From an uncultured Pelagibacteraceae bacterium (GTDB lineage: Bacteria > Pseudomonadota > Alphaproteobacteria > Pelagibacterales > AG-422-B15), in the NCBI GenBank assembly GCA_902570675.1, contig CACFYZ010000004.1, positions 8,755-72,754 on the forward strand: a DNA stretch of 64,000 nucleotides. The letters are read 5' to 3'. The notes under the pieces were generated by a model. That model saw nothing but the letters and a program-made list of their open reading frames with translations, did no database searches and was not told the DNA's origin. Positions 62,296 to 64,000 of this stretch are shown here, one piece after another (within the stretch, counting starts at the first letter, position 1; each line of letters begins with the position of its first letter). The position numbers were made by a program, and so were the translations under genes.

Positions 62296-63344
62296 ATTTT
62301 TGTTTCAATTTCATCAATAATCTTAAGTGATGGGTTATAAGTTATCAGAGATTTTAGTTGATTTGATATATTCAAATTTTTATGCTTATTTTTAATATAA
62401 TTAAGTATATTAATTTCTAAATTCTTTGCGTTTGCATTTTTATCTTCTATTAATACAGAACAGTTTATTTCATTTAAAACTTGAGCATTATAGAATTGAT
62501 GATTGTCTGACGCATAAGGAAAAGGAATTAGAATTGAAGGAATCCCATTATTAATAATTTCATTCACTGTCGATGACCCTGATCTTGATATAATTAAATT
62601 TGAATTGGCGATAAGGTTTATCATTTCAGAAAAGTAATTTTTAACTTTTGCAGTAATTTGGTGAGAGTTATAAAATTGTATAATGTCACTGACATCTTCT
62701 TTTCGACATTGATGATACACAATTATATTTTCCTTTATTTGTTTCTGTACCGAATTAATTGCCTCAGCCACATTAAATGATAAATTTTTTGCACCTTGGC
62801 TTCCTCCTAAAACACATATTGTATATTGATCAGTATCAATATTATGTAGGGTCTCATCTGAATATCTGATAGGTAGACCTACATGTAGAGATTTTTTGAA
62901 TACATTATGATTTTGATCAATTGTCTTTTTAAAAGTAGTAAAAGTTTTTTTTGCAAAATTAGATAAAAATTTATTAGCCTTCCCAATCAAGGCATTACCC
63001 TCGTGAATGAAAACTGAAATTCCAATTATCCAACCCGCTGAAATTACTGGTATCGTAAAATATCCTCCAAATCCAATTAAGGCAGAAGGTTTCACTTGCA
63101 ATAAAATCCAGAGAGATTTTACAAAGAGATATGGTAAATTTATTAAGTATGCAATTTGGGACTGGCTATTAATTAATTTTTTTAAAACAATAATCGACTC
63201 AGGTGGTCTATTTTTAAAAAAACGCATACCTTTGGTATCAGTAATTATAATGCATTGACTATCCTTAATTATATAGTCGTAAAGTACGTTCATTGGGATG
63301 CAATGACCGCCTGTTCCACCGCCAATTAGGATATATCTATTCAT
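62292..63344 (-). CDS. murG: Undecaprenyl-PP-MurNAc-pentapeptide GlcNAc transferase
   Basis: 350-aa ORF with N-terminal GGGTGGHCIP and the C-terminal SRSGSSTVNE motif. Confidence 0.9.
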   Translation of the reverse strand: MNRYILIGGGTGGHCIPMNVLYDYIIKDSQCIIITDTKGMRFFKNRPPESIIVLKKLINSQSQIAYLINLPYLFVKSLWILLQVKPSALIGFGGYFTIPVISAGWIIGISVFIHEGNALIGKANKFLSNFAKKTFTTFKKTIDQNHNVFKKSLHVGLPIRYSDETLHNIDTDQYTICVLGGSQGAKNLSFNVAEAINSVQKQIKENIIVYHQCRKEDVSDIIQFYNSHQITAKVKNYFSEMINLIANSNLIISRSGSSTVNEIINNGIPSILIPFPYASDNHQFYNAQVLNEINCSVLIEDKNANAKNLEINILNYIKNKHKNLNISNQLKSLITYNPSLKIIDEIETKI

Positions 63345-63355
63345 ATTAATTATCT

Positions 63356-64000
63356 TTATTCTCTAATGTGGTTTTTTTTAGATAATAGAAGAATTAAACC
63401 GCAAGATATTGACATCCCTAATACTGATGAGCCTCCATAGCTTATAAATGGAAGAGTAATTCCAGTTGTTGGTATTAATCTAATATTCACTCCAATGTGT
63501 ACAAGGGCTTGTAAACATATGTATATAATTAGTGTAAAAATACAAATTTGGATGAAATGGTCATTGTTACCATATATTTTTTTAAATCCTTGATAAGCGA
63601 TTATGAAAAAAAGTGACAAAATTACTAGGCATCCAATGAGCCCATACTCTTCAGCAATTACAGAAAATATATAATCAGAATTAGCTTCAGGAATTTTGTT
63701 TTTAAGAAGACCATTTCCAGGCCCAACCCCTATTAAACCACCTTGTTTGATCGCTTGTAAAGATAACTCTGTTTGAGTTAAATCGTAATCTTCGGGAAAA
63801 AAAAAAGAATTAATTCTATTTTGGACATTAAAATTCATTAAATAAATTAAAATAGAAAATATAATACCTGAGACTATAAGACTTGAAAGTATAACAATGC
63901 TGAAACCACTCATAAAAACTGAAGAAAAATATATTACTGAAATTAAAAATAATTGACTAACATCAGGTTGCATAACTAATATAATTGAGATTGAACTAAA
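63356..64000 (-). CDS. ftsW: Cell division SEDS protein FtsW (C-terminal part; gene runs off the window)
   Basis: PFISYGGSS motif, polytopic, position upstream of murG. The reading frame stays open to the window edge, so the N-terminus is missing. Confidence 0.85.
   Translation of the reverse strand, partial: FSSISIILVMQPDVSQLFLISVIYFSSVFMSGFSIVILSSLIVSGIIFSILIYLMNFNVQNRINSFFFPEDYDLTQTELSLQAIKQGGLIGVGPGNGLLKNKIPEANSDYIFSVIAEEYGLIGCLVILSLFFIIAYQGFKKIYGNNDHFIQICIFTLIIYICLQALVHIGVNIRLIPTTGITLPFISYGGSSVLGMSISCGLILLLSKKNHIRE

Overview
Visibly AT-rich, very gene-dense chromosome segment with many 1-17 nt gene overlaps, including stop-to-stop overlaps of convergent genes. Gene content, tiny spacers and a circularly permuted two-piece tmRNA gene point to a streamlined marine alphaproteobacterium, Pelagibacterales (SAR11)-like. 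All product calls rest on motifs recognised by eye; no database search was possible. About 68 protein genes are supported. The left part (1-29 kb) is mixed, accessory-looking metabolism. It holds a THF-linked demethylase/MetF-like/Fhs/acyl-CoA ligase module and a tight FNR-methyltransferase-COMT-BVMO operon with an orphan 2Fe-2S ferredoxin. It also holds a split DUF1214/DUF1254 pair, a DUF1611 + enolase-type epimerase pair, and a haloalkane dehalogenase/nitroreductase/SDR string. The remainder is a polar-amino-acid/opine-type ABC importer without an ATPase gene, two tandem paralogous small membrane proteins, a divergent flavin hydroxylase and an amidinotransferase. The right part (29-64 kb) is core housekeeping: rodA-mrdA-mreDCB, leuA, ilvCHI, miaA, degP, hflKC, mrp, thyX, fumC, uvrD, pepP, ligA, bamD, lpxC and a dcw block (ftsA-ftsQ-ddl-murB-murC-murG-ftsW). 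I saw no rRNA, tRNA, CRISPR, transposase, integrase or phage genes. I found no convincing defence-type or mobile system. The items most worth follow-up are not in the ORF track: a Leu-rich leader peptide upstream of leuA; a promoter/three-hairpin/terminator unit upstream of the ferredoxin gene; and a 43-aa basic ORF that exactly fills a gap in an overlapping gene string. Also worth follow-up are the two-piece tmRNA, the tandem small membrane protein pair with a 14-bp hairpin between them, an Mrp/ApbC homologue that has lost its CXXC motif, and the FNR-MT-COMT-BVMO operon.
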